A stretch of DNA of 64,000 nucleotides from Amoebophrya sp. A120 (Eukaryota; Protista; Dinoflagellata). The number at the start of each line of letters is the position of its first letter. The stretch's first letter is position 1. This document shows, in pieces, positions 23,944 through 37,916 of the stretch. The notes beneath the pieces were generated by a model. The model searched no databases. It was given only the letters and a program-made list of their open reading frames with translations, and was not told the origin of the DNA. The stretch lies in NCBI GenBank assembly GCA_905178155.1, contig CAJINV010000001.1:7075794-7139793 (forward strand), written 5' to 3'. The position numbers and the translations under genes were made by a program.

Positions 23944-26900
23944 ATGGGGGGACCAAAGGGCATTCGGTTCCTCTGGGCTACGCGCGAGAAGCGGGAGAAA
24001 GCGCCCAAGCTAACGATCCGGGAGACGCACGGCGATCTCGAGAAATGGGTCTCGTCACCGTCTCAGGGGGCGAGTAGAGACAAGGAGCCTTTTTTTGTTT
24101 ATCGACAGCCTAGACATGGAGGCAGCAGCTCTGGGATTTGGAAGCAGGTGAAAGATACCTTCTCATTTATCTGGCAGCAAAAAGCATCAAGCAAGAGTGA
24201 CGAGGGCAACGTCGAGGAAAACGCCGAAACGTCTTCCGCAGAATCGATGAGTAACAAGTACGTGAAAGTACTCTGGTGCAGGTACCGCATGACCTTTACG
24301 CCCCAAGAACATGAAGACGAAAAAGATTATACGGTGTTGCTCCTCGATCGCCGATGGATTCGCAAGGGAGAGGACTTTGACACACAGAATCCAGTCGAGG
24401 AGGACGGGATAGCGGAGGAAGACGAAGAACGGCTGCAGGACATGATCAAGGATTATTTCCGGCTGTTGCTTGCGGAAGCGAAAGGCAAAAAGCAAAGTGA
24501 TCTAGCAGAGTTTCTTGATGAGTACCTGCAGCGGGTATATCTTCGTACGGGCGAGCGCGTGCTTGACAGGTTGACCAGTGCACTACACGAAAACGCGAAC
24601 CTCCGGAGGGAGCTTGACTCAATCGTGCAATTCAGTCCGGCGGTTACGTTTTGGGCAATCTTTCACATTCCCGGAGTGACAGAAATCCTAAGCGAAAACT
24701 TTGACTTTACGGCTTTGGTGCATCAGGTGTTGCAGCAGTCTGATAGTGACCTTCCGAGATGTAGAAACGCGGTTTTGTCTCGCTCTGGAACGGAGTTCAA
24801 TTTGTTTTACCGCGCTTTCAAAAGGTTCGAAAAACACCGCCTTGCGCTACTTCTTCTGGCTTTGAGATGGTCGGGTCTGGCTGGGCCAGACAAACGCGAG
24901 GCTATGGGAGTTGTGGAAAAGAAGGCGCTAGTGGATGTAATCCAGAATAGCATTCAGTGGAAGAGCAATTCCGCAGTGTCGGATGTGGATTTGGCACGCT
25001 ATCGCCCCGTTTTGGATCTGGAGACGGTGCACAAAGTTATCGGCTTCCAGGGGCTCTCTTACGAACCCGTACAGAAAATGATAACCCGCCTGTGCAGTTA
25101 TGACCAGCGGGCTTCGAGCAGTGGAGGCAAAAAAACAGCACCACCCGACTGGTCCGTGCCACAGCAGAAACACAGTATTGACTATGACCTGAAGCTATTC
25201 TTTATTCAGAAAGGCGTCCTTCGACAGCGCGAGTTTATGCTGGCCGCACGAAATAGCCGGGACTTTCCTGGAGACGAGTACCAAGGCCGTTCCTTTCCGG
25301 ACAAAATGATGTTTGATGTAACCGAGTCGACTCTTGTCAGCATCCAAGGGTTTCTCTCCCGACACGAGGCGGAGTTTGGCAGGCTTCAGGACAGCAAGGA
25401 ACTGAGTGAGTTGGTCGTTCATTTCCTGAACCATTACTACCTCACCGCAACTGGAGCTCCAGGGACAATAGGCAAGGACAACCCCTTTGTGCAACGTCTC
25501 ATCGGGTCCAGCGGTTGCGTCCCGCACTCGGAAAAAATGCTGAAATTTCTCTTGCGGAAGCTTGCGAAGATCTACCGGGTAGAGGCCCACGTGCTGACAC
25601 GCACCGTCATTGAACTGGCAGCGAAAAAACTCAAGCCTGAACACCGCTATGAACTCGATTTGAGTCTGCTGGAGTTTTGCCGGCCCCAGTTTGAAGGCAT
25701 CGGAATGTCTGCTCGAAACCGGATACAGATGTGTGCGGAGCTGCTCAAGCTTTCTCCGTCTCTGACCGACACGAGGGTCCTTGCAATCTTCCCGAATTTT
25801 GTTGAGTACGCGCTGACGCAAGGTTGCGGCGTGGATCATGCTGACCACAAGAAGAAGTTCGAAGAGATGGTACTCTCCGACGTGCTGGCTAATTTGACCA
25901 CCGCCCCGAACATGAAGGAAAGTCCGAACTTCTGGTTGGGTCCTGAAGGCAATGAGGAATCACGGGCAGCGGGTCAGCACCCTGCCGCCGAACACCAGTT
26001 GCAGAGCCTGGGTTCACGCATTCTCAGTAGCCTTTTCGACAGCACTTCAATCTCTGATCTCAGTGTGTCTCTCATGAATGAGCATCCGGAAGTTTTCTGC
26101 ATGGAACTCGAAAAGCGGTGGACAAAGGCAACTTGGTGGGCCGAAGGGAAATACATCTCCATCGACGACGCTGCGCAAATGCACATGTTGCAGTCTTTGC
26201 GTGGACGTGAGGACGAAGAAGATTCCGTGTGGCCAACTCTGTTCCAAGTAGAATCAAATGGCAGTGTCGAGGAAAGGAAGTGTATTGAGTGGGCGGTGCA
26301 GATGTTCGTCGCGCACAACCGTCCGTTGAGTGCTTTGTCAAGAAAAAACTACACCAGCTCCGCGTCGAGCTCCAGCAAAATGCTATGCGACGTTTGGAGC
26401 TACGTCTCGATTCTGAAACTTCTCGGGAACACAACTCCCGATAACATGCACACAATCACGGACAAAAGCTCCTCGTCGACGTGGGGGCTCGTATGGTGTG
26501 TTTTCGCTGTAGAACACAACACCGCGGAGTTTTTCCAGGTTGGATCCCTTCTGCATCCAGTGACATTTTTCAGGAACCAACTAAAGAAGGAGTTCGGGCA
26601 GGACTCGTGCATTCAGGCTCACCGCCATCAGGTGGAAAAGTTCCGGCGACACTTCAATTTGTCGAGCGTCCTCACCAAACACGCTCTCGCTGCTGGCTGG
26701 ATCTCACGGGGAGACGAGAGCGCCGGGTGTGAAAGCGGAATTCGGGAGTGGTGCGCCGGGTTCGAAAAGCGATTATCTGGTTTGAAATACCCCGAGCTGA
26801 GTTTTGAAGAGATGAAAGGCGACCACAGCGGCACCCTGTCCCGCCTCCAACTGGACTTCGAAGGAGCGGAATTCCAACTGCTTGTTTTCGCTCTAGAGTT

Positions 26901-29900
26901 GGAGCGCCAGAATGGGCAGCACCGCGCCGACTTTTGGAAAGCATTGAATTCGAGTTTTGAGCGCTTAAAGCGGTTATTCGCTGCCTTGCGAAGCGGTAAC
27001 CTTCGCCCGGACGATCCACTAGTGATAAAGATACGTGCAAAATTTGCGCAGAATTCCTACCGACTTGGCGAAGAGGCGCAGCACCTGTGCCGATTGATGG
27101 GCGAGGATCAGGAAGACCCCGTGATTCGCACACGCCTCCGCATCCTTGGGTCTACCCTAAGTGTGTGGCGCGAGCGCATCACTCTCCTGCGGCAGCTCGT
27201 TTCCACCAAGAGCCGTCATGCGAACCGGACAGGGGCGCAGGCCGCGGAAGTTGCGGGCGGAGGACCAGTTGGCCGGTCGGCTGACAGCACGCTGGATAGA
27301 CTCGCGATGGAGCTGGAAAACTCGAGCTTGTCCCTTTTTTCAACCTCGGACGGACGCTCCGTGGAGCAAGTTTTACAAGACCTGTCCGTTTTTCTCGGAC
27401 TTCGGGCAGAGGAACAGCGCGAGCGTCTGTTTCGTTTGCACTGGTCGCAGCTAAACTGCCTGGTCGTTATTGCAGAAAAGGTGTTTCCGAAGCTCGTTCG
27501 CTACTCGCATGCGCAGCGCGAATCGAAGCTGGACGCCATCCGGTCGATGTGCATCTATCGTCCGGAGCTGATGCTTCCGTGCAAACAGCTCGAGACCATC
27601 GTTTTGAATCGCAAACTGAAGCTGGTGTTGGACCAGCAGAAGGAGTTGAAGGAGGAGGTGGTAGGGCTTCTGGAGGACCGCTGGTGCACCATCTTGGAAA
27701 GTCTGGACGCGGCGGGAGCGCAGAACCTCGCAAAGGTGTTCAGCTCCGCGGGAAGCGAAAACGCCTCCGTGCGCGGGCGCCAACTACTCGACGAACTGCA
27801 GGCGGCGACGCTCACGTTGGACATCGGTTCCGTGACCGCCACTCTCAGCCTCGAGTTTTCGGAGCTCTCCGGGAACCACCTGAGCAAGATTGCAGCGGTG
27901 TGCGGCAGTGGCGGTCGTGTCCGCGACGCTGGGGGAGTAGCCCAGGCGAATATGCGGCGCATCGGCGGGGGACAGCTGGCACGTGTGCGCAGCGAGTTAT
28001 TCGCGTGCGGGCGAGCATGGAAGGACGCGGCACAGGACGCAACGCAAGAAAACCTGCATCAGGTGTTTCTGGAGAATGCGGACCACTTCTCGCAGCGGGT
28101 GGACTGCCTGTTGCTGCGGCTGCCGGTGCTGTGCCAACTGCTTGAGCGGGGCTGGCGTTTTCCCTCCGGGAACGCAAAGTTGAAATTCAGCGCGCTGCCC
28201 ACGGATCGCAATGCGTGCTGTGCCCCAATCGACAAAGACTTGGACATGGCGCTCCTCCAGAAAGAATTGGAAAAGCAAAAATCCTTCCTGCGACAGATTT
28301 GGTGCCGGTGCGCACTGTTTTCTCTCGTCGACCCGATGCTGGTGGAACATGAAAAGCAGGCTGTCGTACCTTTTCTTCGCAGCATCCCGATCCGGGAACG
28401 AGGGGAGGGATTCGATGTATTCTGTTCTATTTTCATCTCATGTGCCTGTGCGTTCACTTCTCTTCCTCTGAAATCGAAATACACTTGGAGTTAGAATCAT
28501 TTTGACAGAATGCATTCTATCGCTCCATTGCGTTTGCTTCCATCTTGCAGGTGTCCTCCGACGGCGTGAAGCTCGATATTCCAACGACACTGCGAAACAC
28601 CGACATCGCCTCGACGCAGAAAGGGTACCTGGACAAAGCTCGCGATGTCCACGAACGGCGCTTGCAGAGCGGTGTGCGGAGCGCTGACTATGCTGCGGCG
28701 TTGGGGAGCAAGGTGCTCAGGGATCCAGAAGAAGTGAAAAAACAAACCCAAGGTGTGTGGGACCAATTGACAAAAGACGACGCGCGATTCACCGTTCTGA
28801 AATGCGAACCAGCTGACTTGGGCACGGCTTTTGCCAAAGTTGTACTGGCGGTGATTTCGCACGCAGACGAGAACCTGAGGCTCACACCGGATGCGGTTTT
28901 CAACTGCAGCGAGACGACGCGGTCCGTTGCGATTGACGGTTTCTTGTTCCGCCTGGATGTGGATTTCTACGACACGGAAGATCTGGTCATCATCAGCACA
29001 CCCGAGTTGATGGATCCGGAGTTGCAGAACCTGCTCGTACGGCGGCTCGTCGCCTGGACAGAAGAACAGACAGTAGCGACCGTCCGCGGCCCGCGCATTC
29101 TGGTGCTCGTCGGCAGTGCTTCCTCTGCGTACTTCAGCTTATGTGCGTGGCGAAACATGGAGACGGAAAATGAATTGGCGTCGCTCTACGGTCCGGGCTC
29201 GGTGGCGCAGTTTCCGGTTTTGCGTGACAGCAACGTGACAGTCTTTTCTGGCGCTCCGCTGTGCGGAAAAACGGGCGACTTTGAAGGGCACGATTCCGTG
29301 CGGTCTCGCGACGCGGCCAAACGGCGTGTATTGGTGACACACGAGTGCGTAGAAGAAGACATCGCACAGCAGCTGCGGGAGCTCGTGGCAGAAAAGGACG
29401 GCGAAAGGATTCTCGTCGATTTGGGGCAGTGCGCGTTACCAGACAAGGCCTACCGCTTGGGTGTTTTTCTCGTATCGCTTTGCGTGTTCGGTGTCGCGTC
29501 CCACCAACTGTCGCGCCCGTGCGTGTGGCGGTCGCCGGGCTGGCCGCTCAACGCAAGCAGCAAGACAAAGCCACTGGCTTTCGAGATCTGCAGCGTGGCG
29601 CAATTTCCGGCGCTGGCAATGTTTCCGCAGAAAAACTGCGTCGCTAAGGCGGACGCCACCGCGGACACCGTGCGCCCCTCGGCAAGTAAGCTTTTTCCTA
29701 GTCTCGAAGCTTTGCGGGCTCGTGTCGGGAACGAGATTCTGAAAGACGAGAACGTCATCAGTGCGCTGTCCGTGGACTTGGGTGCTTTGGGTATGGATTC
29801 TTCGTGCGCCCAACGAAATGGAGACGTGAACGGCAAAGACACCACTGCTGCGCCGCAAAGGTCGGTGGAGCACCGGTCGGATTCGCCTTTTTCGTACACG

Positions 29901-32900
29901 GCCGACTCCCTGGAAAAAATGATGGAAATCCTGCAGCGAATGGTGACATTTTTTCAAACTCGGGACGAGAGAAGTAACACACAGCGCGATGAGCTGGTGA
30001 TGCTTGTGGGCGAAACCGGCACAGGGAAAACCTACACACTTCAGAAACTGGTCGAACTACTCTTGCGCACAGGCTTGCGAGAGATCCGGTGCTCGCTGCT
30101 GTCGCTCAGTCATGCTTTCTCCGAGTCTCAACTACACGAGTTTGCAAAGGACGTCGCCGAAATGCGGACGCGGGCAGCCATGCACATCATCATCTTGGAC
30201 GAAGTGAACTCAACGCCCGCACTAGATTTCTGCAAACAACTGTTGGTGGACCGCAAGTACGGCAGCGGTATCGAAACGCAGAATTTGCCGCGCAACGTGT
30301 TGTTTCTAGCGACGTGCAATCCCGCTATTGGAAAGGAATACAACGTCTACCAACTTCCTGGCTCGCTCGAGTGCGCTCGTCTGCAATTTCCAAGTCTTGG
30401 CCCGGAAAAGATGCAGCAGTACCTGTGTATGAAAGTTCGAGGCGATTTTGTCAAGGGCGTACAGGGGTGTCAGGCACTGCTCAAGTCCATAGCCCCGGTA
30501 TCTTTGCGTGACGCGACGCGCTGCATTGATTTGACGCTGGATCTGAAACGCGATCTCTTGGTACACTGCACTGACAAGCAGAATTGTCTACTACAAAGGG
30601 ACGCATTACGGGAGAAGTTGCAACTAGGTACCAGCAGCAGCGACGACGAGACGGACGAAGGTGCAGGCGAGGCCGGCTCAATGGACCTAGATCTGTGCAT
30701 CGCTGAGGTTCTGGCACTATTCCTGTCCTACGGTGTGCAGATCAGTCCGCGTGCGCGCTTCTACGCGCAGATGAACGAGATCTACGGCGAGGGATTTGCG
30801 GAAGCTACGGTCAGCGCGCTGGGCCGCGCAATCTTCTCGGAGATCGGAGCGGCTTCGTATGTGGTGCCGACAGAGTCTCTCCTGGAGAATTTAGTCATGC
30901 TACTGTGCTGCATCACCACGAGCTGGCCGTGTTTGTTGCTTGGCGACGAGGGCGGGAGTAAGACCATGTCAATCAGTCTTATCACGGGCGCAATGAAGGG
31001 GCCTTTGTCACAGACGGCGTTCTTCAAAAAGCTTCCAAGGTTAGAGATCTTCCGTCTCCAGCTGGGCGCTGGTACGACCGCATCGCACATCGAGAAGTTG
31101 ACTGACTGTGTCGGCGCGTGGTTGAGTCGCCAAAGTAGCGACGCTGAAAAAGAAGCATCCGAGCAGACCGAAACGTCGCTAGAGAACGTGACCCTCGGGC
31201 ATTCGCATCGTGCGCTGGTGATTCTGGAGGAGCTGGGTATGGCGCGGCTGTCTCCATCGAAGCCTTTGAAAGCCTTGCACCACTTGCTCGACCGCCCGAA
31301 GATTTACCCGCGCGAACCGAAATTTGCCTTCGTTGCCACCGCGAACTACTGTCACGAAACCGGCGAGGACAATACCGTCAATGCGTCGTACGCGAACAAG
31401 ACAGCGTCCACGTCCAAGCGAGCAGATCCGGTCGATAGTGCTTTGATCAATCGACTGATCGTGTCGCGCAGCGAGAAGCTCGAGGCAGTAAAGTTGGAGG
31501 ATTTCTGCATCAAGCTGGCGCAGAGCGCCGCGGGAGCCGAGGGATTCTCCGACCGGCGGCGAGAAATCGTCCGCACCGTGTGCAACCAAGAAACGGGAGG
31601 ATTTTCCTTCGTGCGCGACGTGATGGCTTTTTCTCGCAGCGTGGGCTCGAAATCTGGCGTGCACGAGCTCGGGGCTCTTTTTTGGACCCATTTGCAGAGT
31701 CTAGATTTGCGGCAAACCGAAGCACGCTGGGACAAGTATTCGGATGCCCTCAGTAACCTGTTTCGACATGCTACCAAGCCGTCCTTTCTGTGCCACGCGA
31801 CGCCCCTGGAGCAGAGCTTACGAGCTTTGCTGGCGGGAAAGGGCCAGGTGGTGCGGCATTGCCTAGTTCCCTATCGAACGCCGGAAGCAGCCGTCCGGGT
31901 CTTGAACAGGATTCAGGCCGCAATCTCTACTGCGTGCGAGGCCAAGCAACTGAAGCACGATGCCGTGCTGTGGTGCCGGTGCGATCCGTCGTTACAAGTG
32001 GTCGAAGCGGACATTTACGGGCACTTGCTCGACATCAAGACCGCTTTGGAAACGGGCATGATCGCGGTCATTTTCAACCCACCAGCGGCCATTCTGAACG
32101 CTCTCCATGCGGTTCTCAACGCGGACTATGCAACAGCAACGGCCGATCAGGGACAGCAGTCCATCACAACTACCATCAACCACGACTGCTTGTATGAGGA
32201 AGTGCCCATTCACCTGGACGCCAGGATTGTGCTGGTGTCCGAAGAAAGTGAAATTCGAAAGAACTATCACCCGGCGATTCTAAGTCGCGTGAGCATCCTG
32301 CATCCAAACGAAGCAATCGCACCCGCACGTCATGCAAATGCGAACGAGGGGGAGGGAGCCGCGACCTCGTTGGTTCGGTCGCCACCGCTGTCGCCGGAAG
32401 CATTACTTTTCCGTCACGCACAGAGCGAGAAGCTTGAAGGCGGTCACAGTAAAAATAGCTCTCCGGCTATTGATCTCACCGCTCTGATGCGGAACAGCAC
32501 CGAGGAGCTGCTGTCGGTTTTCTCCGCAATCGAAATGTCCTTAGACCAGGTGTTAGCCCGTTCCACAGAGACAAACCCCCTTACTTCGATAGTCGTCACG
32601 CGAGGATCGACGACCAGATACTTTGCGCAGCAACCGCAGGTTCAGTATCTCCAGGTCATGGGGTGCGGCAGCCGGGCCAAGTTTGAAAGTCGATTCCGCG
32701 AAATGCGATCGCAATCTGATGTTGTTGCGGTGGACATGTACGGCAGCTCCCTGCTGCGGACACTAGATTTCTTTCTGAGTCTCGGAGTGGGTGGCAAAGT
32801 AGGACTGAAAGATTCCAGCAAGAAGAACAGCGACGCCGTTGTCCTCCACATCAAGAAATTACCACGGCACCTGATCATCATCGTGCCGCCCATCTTCAGC

Positions 32901-35900
32901 CAGCGATTGGTGTGCCGGTGCATGGAGGCTTCTACTCGCGAAGTGGAGTTTTTCTGGATCGACGAAGTGAATCCCTCGTTCAGCGAGTTCGGCCCTCTTA
33001 CGGGAGTCCTGAAGCCCGAGAATATCAAGGAGTCATTGGTTTCTCCCCGCGTCAAGCACTGTCTGTCGTTGTACGGAGACGATAACGAAAACTTGGTGCG
33101 CATTATCATGGACCACTTTCTGAGGACTTGCGTAGATGCGAATCCGGAGGTGCAGCTGACTCCACAAGACGTGGAGCGCTCTGGATCGGTGCGGGCCATG
33201 CTACTGGGGTATCATGCAACATCTGCGCAACGTGCGGTATCCGCTGCAAGGCCGTGGTTGCAGCTGTGTGTCGATGCGAAGCAACGGCTGTTGCCAGGCG
33301 ACGAGGTTGCACTACACGGAGAGAAGTACGACAACGTGATCAGTGGCATTTTGAAAGATTTTCCATCAGCAACTGTGACCAGGAATCACCTCGACAAAAG
33401 TGCTGCGGCACATAATTGCGACACCAGTATGCGCCGTTTCCTCGCCTCTTGGAATGAATCGATAGAGCAGAGCTTCGTTGTCTCGGACGCCCGGCGCATG
33501 TTTCCCTTTGCGCCTGAAATTTTGCGGGTTTTGCGGTCGTACGACGCACGAAGAGGTTTAGAGAATCCGGAATCTGTCGCTGACGCGTTTGCGCTCGCAT
33601 TTCCGAGCACGTCGCTATCGCAGTTGGAGACACGTGAAAACGACGCGGAAGAAGCGCTGCCGAAGCAACTGGAGGACGCACTTGTTTTCTCCGTGGCGTA
33701 TCAAGTGTACCACAACGAAAAATCGGCTATGGAAGTACAGGCCGCAAAGGGTTCTTCCTTTGCTCTGCGACTCGTGGCTGGTTTGCTGCAGGGCCAGACT
33801 GAGGCGTCTTTGTGTGAAAAACTCTTTGATGTGTACCAGTCCGAAACGAGTTTCCACCTGTTGCAGCACGTCGAGATTTTGTCCTCTGAGCGCGAAGAAA
33901 ATGCTGCACCGCCAGCGAGAACCGTCGCACTCAAACGCGTAGAGTCCCTGGGTGCGTCCATCGCACAGGTTTTGGAGGCTCTGCTTTTCGAGGTGAACGG
34001 AGTTACATTTTTACTCAATGTTGGGCGGAATGCACTTGGTCCGTGTCGGCTCATTCCATCGGAAGAAGCACTGGAACACGCTTGGAACCGTCGCTCGGTA
34101 CGAGAGACGCAGGATGCAGTTGCGTCAGGCAGGGCGTCGAAGAGCGGCACGGCCGCTCTTATGGAGCTACGCTTACTGCGATTGTGGCGCGGACTAACGC
34201 GATGCATCGGGATGGCGGTCGAAGATGCATACGGGGTCGCAGTGGCAGCATTTTCGAACTTGACGGAGACGACCCCGCAAAGAATTCTCAAAGCGCTGCC
34301 GCATCTAGGTGCGGCGGATCGAATCGACGTGGCGAAACTTCTTGAAGTTGCGGACGCCGAGCTTGGCGGACGGGGCGTGCCAAGAATTTTGCGCAAACTG
34401 GTTACCTTGTCTCGGCGAGTGCAGCTGTACAAGACCAATCCCGCGCAACTGTCAGGCAGTAGCACTCTGTTGCGCGATTACCGAGAGCAGGCCGACTTTC
34501 ACCAACGGCGCGTGCAGAACTTGGTGCCTCTGCTCTGCAGCGCCCATGCGGCTCTGGAGTTTACGGACGACGAGCAAATGCTGCTGCTCTCCGAACTGCT
34601 CCTGGAAGACTTCGGGAGCGCGATTTGTTTTTTCCATTTCCTGTACTTCCAGGATCAAGTGCGGGCAAATGGGGGCACGAGCCGAGCGCAGGACAACTCG
34701 AGCAACAGTGACTGGATGAAAGAAATACTGATTCAAGTCGTCGACAAGGGCCGACAGCTGCTGCACTACCAATCGAAGCCGGATGATCAGCAGGACAGTT
34801 CTTCGTTGCTGCAACTACACCCGAGGAGCCACTTTGACCTCACCACGATGGAGAGCAGTATTTACCACCTTGTCGACGCAACCACCTCGCGGTTCCTGGC
34901 CGAGCAACTGAGGAAAAATCAGACGGATGACCAATTGCAGATCGTGGAACGGCTTGCCGACATGGCGCTTCCTGTCTTCCAGGAAATTTTCTCGAGCGAC
35001 TTCGACTGCGTCGGCACAGCAGCGCTTTTTGCGGTCGCGAAATTCGTTTTCCCGTCGCTCGTTCGCGGACTGCAAATCCATCAAAGCGCCGCCGTCGGGG
35101 TTTCGCTAGAGGGCTGTGAATCTCTCTGTAAGTTGCTTCGCTTGCTCTTTCTTAGCGCGGCTGAGCAGGAGGACGGCGAGACTCTTCTGCGTAATCGGGA
35201 GAACGTAGTGGAGCCTTTGCAAAACTATTTGCTGCGAACGTTTTTGTACTACTGCAGCGAAGCGGAGCTTGCACACCTGCACGGTATCAGCCGGATGTTT
35301 TTCGGTGATTTTGCAGTGCCGATGTTCGCTTACCTGGAGCAGCAGATTCAAGCTGAAGGAGACATCAGTGAGCGATTGCAGCATGGTTTGGCTTTCTTTC
35401 CAGGATACCAGAACGCGCTAGAGGAAAATTTGAATCGGCCCAAAAACGGGCACCAGCTTGGTGATGACATGCCTACCCCGTGGACGAGTGCGCTTTTTGT
35501 AGCCTGTGCGAAACGAGGTACCCGACTGCCCGTGGAGCTTCGGCTATGCAGCAACACAGACCCCGGGATCGATTTGCCGTCAGGGCTCGACTTCCTGTTT
35601 GTGCCCGCAATGCTTTGGCGGCTTCGTTTGCAGAGCAAGAAAACGAAAAGCAACTCGCCGCTCGTCGCGCTCTTTGCCTCTCCAGATTCGGCAGCCACCG
35701 TTTTTCTTCCGGGACAGCCGGAGTCGGACATGGAACAGCTTCGCCGTACGAACCTACGCGCACTTGGAATTACTCAATTGTATCGCTGTCAGTGCGGGTA
35801 TCACTACGGAATCGGTGATTGTGGCGAAGCCATGGTGACTGGAACCTGTCCGATGTGTGGGCGAGGCATTGGCGGCGAGCACCATCGCGTAGTCAACACA

Positions 35901-37916
35901 AGTCAGCGCGTCAATATTGCTGCTGGCGAAGGACCACTAAAGGTGGGCTTCGCCCCAGAGCTGTGTCCGGCGAATCTCGATACGCATGTGCGGAATTTCC
36001 GTCCGGCAACATGGCGGCTCTCGCAGATTCTGCTCTTTCTGTCGATTATTGTCTCGCCGAATCAAAGACTTTTCGTTGCCGATCGGGAGCGCTACGCACA
36101 GGCTTTGCGCGAGAATGTCCTTGCCTGGCAGCGCCTGTTGAACGCGTCCACACAGAAAGACGCAATGCACTTTCTGACAGTCTGTATCTTGCAACTTGCG
36201 GACGGAGTATTTGACCTTGCAGCCCCTGGCCACGTGACAGAAGTATCGCGGGCAAATTTCGAAGACTCCTACCGCAACGAGCTGCAGAGCTGTATGGACG
36301 AGGTCTCGACTGACGACAAACGAAGCGCGCTCTTGCGACAGATGGCAGCCGCGGAGTCAACCGCGGTCACTACACCGCTCGACAAGCTCCGTGATTCGTA
36401 CATCAGTAACTTGTCACCCCAGGAGCAAACGCGACAGTACGCCCCGGAGCGCCTGGCCCTTGGCGCACCCGAACAAGAAGATTGTAACGACAGGCAACTG
36501 AGCGAGTGGTGGGACACTCTACTCGAGGAGGAGCAGGCGGTGCTCCCTTTTGCGCAGATGCTCATGCGAGGGTCAAGCGACAAGTTCAATGATTACCAGC
36601 GCCTGTTCGCACATTTTCCGTGCTTGGTCGCGGGACTGCGAATTCTCCACGAGCAGGGATCGGGCGTTCTGAGAGCCGAAACGGACGAGGAGACTGAACT
36701 CGTAACACTGTTTGCCCTACATGGACGAGGGGTGCGGGAAGAAGCCGACGATTGTACGGAGCAGGTATCCTTCACGCAGTTTCAGACCGCGTGGAACGAA
36801 ATTAGCCAGTTGCATGTGCAGTTTGAGTGCCAAACCAATTTGCGTCCGCCGGGTATCGAAGGCACCTGTGCACCAGCAAAAAGCTTCGTGGTTTTCAACC
36901 CTTCGACGATTCTACCGGAGAAGCGCAGTGCGCAGAACCTGAGTTTCTCGCTCCTAGAGCATCTGGTGAAGCAACACAACAGCCTGTTGGACGAACTCTT
37001 TTTGCCCATGCGCCTTCCAGTCATCGATCTCTTCACGGGCGGTTTAGTTGGCGGCGGAAAGTTTGGGCTCGATAAGCCCACCGCTCGGATTGGTGCAGGA
37101 ATTTTGCATCGGCCGCACGTAGACCAGGCTCTGCAGCGTCTCCGCGATGAGCTGCTGCTGGTGCGACAATTGGAGAAACGGTGCCACAACGAAGGGCAAG
37201 AGGGGGACTGGAAGCGCAGTATCTTGGAGCGGTTTCGTTTTTTCGAGGAGTGCATGCGTGTGGAACTGTCTTCGCAGTCGCAAGTTTGCAAATTCTCGCT
37301 AAACTCCTGGCCGATGTTTCGCTTCGGAGAGGCGAGAACTGGCGGTAGTTCAATCGCGGGAAATTTGTGCCCCCATCTGTTTCACGTGGCACCGCAGGAA
37401 GATCTGTCTTGCGCAGCGGTGCAAGGGTTGGAGAAGTGGCTGCGCGAGGAGAATGGACGAAGTCACGAACTGCTCCAGAAGCTTCGGAACGTGGCCGCCA
37501 CGCATGATTCCGTGGAAGTTTCTGCCGAAGGCAAGCTCCCCGTTGTCGGCATTTCCTGGCAGGGGGTCTTGCGCTTGAAGCACTTCAACCACCTGAGTAC
37601 GGTGGTAGAGAAGGTTTTAGCGCGGGGCATCGATGTAGCGCAATTGTTGGGCTTTGGGTATGAGGAACCCCTGTCCAACATCCAGCAAGATCAGGTGGCC
37701 AAGTTTGCGGGTTTGCACCCCGTACATGCACAGGAGCTTGCAGCGCATATGCGAGAGGTCATGCGGCACCTTCAAGGCCAACCTCCGCAGGCTGCTGCGC
37801 TTCTCCGTGACTGGCTGATCGAATATGAAGGCATCTTTCTCGAGCAAGCCATTCCCGAGGATTGCTTGCTGACGCAGCTGCTTACTGTTTACAGAGTTTT
37901 TGAGAGAAGTCAGTAA
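23944..37916 (+). CDS. RNF213: RNF213/mysterin-like giant AAA+ ATPase with an RZ-finger E3 module, ~4,610 aa. Exons 23944-28416 and 28551-37916
   Basis: A phase-0 GT-AG intron joins ORFs 23929..28494 and 28545..37916. Ordered RNF213-like motifs: GETGTGKT, IIILDEVN, FLATCNP, VSLRDATRC, LLENLVMLLCC...GDEGGSKT, VILEELGMA..SP.KPLK.LH.LL, DSALINR, IKTALETG, LHAVLNADY, FLPGQPE, and the RZ finger YRCQCGYHYGIGDCGEAMVTGTCPMCGRGIGGEHH. The symbol denotes homology, not demonstrated orthology. Confidence 0.88.
35781..35885 (+). other. RZ-type (RNF213/ZNFX1) zinc-finger coding segment
   Basis: C-x-C-G-x5-G-D-C-G-x2-M-x4-C-P-x-C-x3-I-G-G-x2-H matches the RZ-finger pattern, including the catalytic-position Cys (GDCG) and His. 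Confidence 0.9.

Noticed and set aside
28545-37916. Alternative call as midasin or dynein heavy chain, or as a stand-alone prokaryotic-type ORF
   Set aside because: Motif order and the RZ finger fit RNF213. The ORF has no ATG at its start and begins at a phase-compatible splice acceptor.
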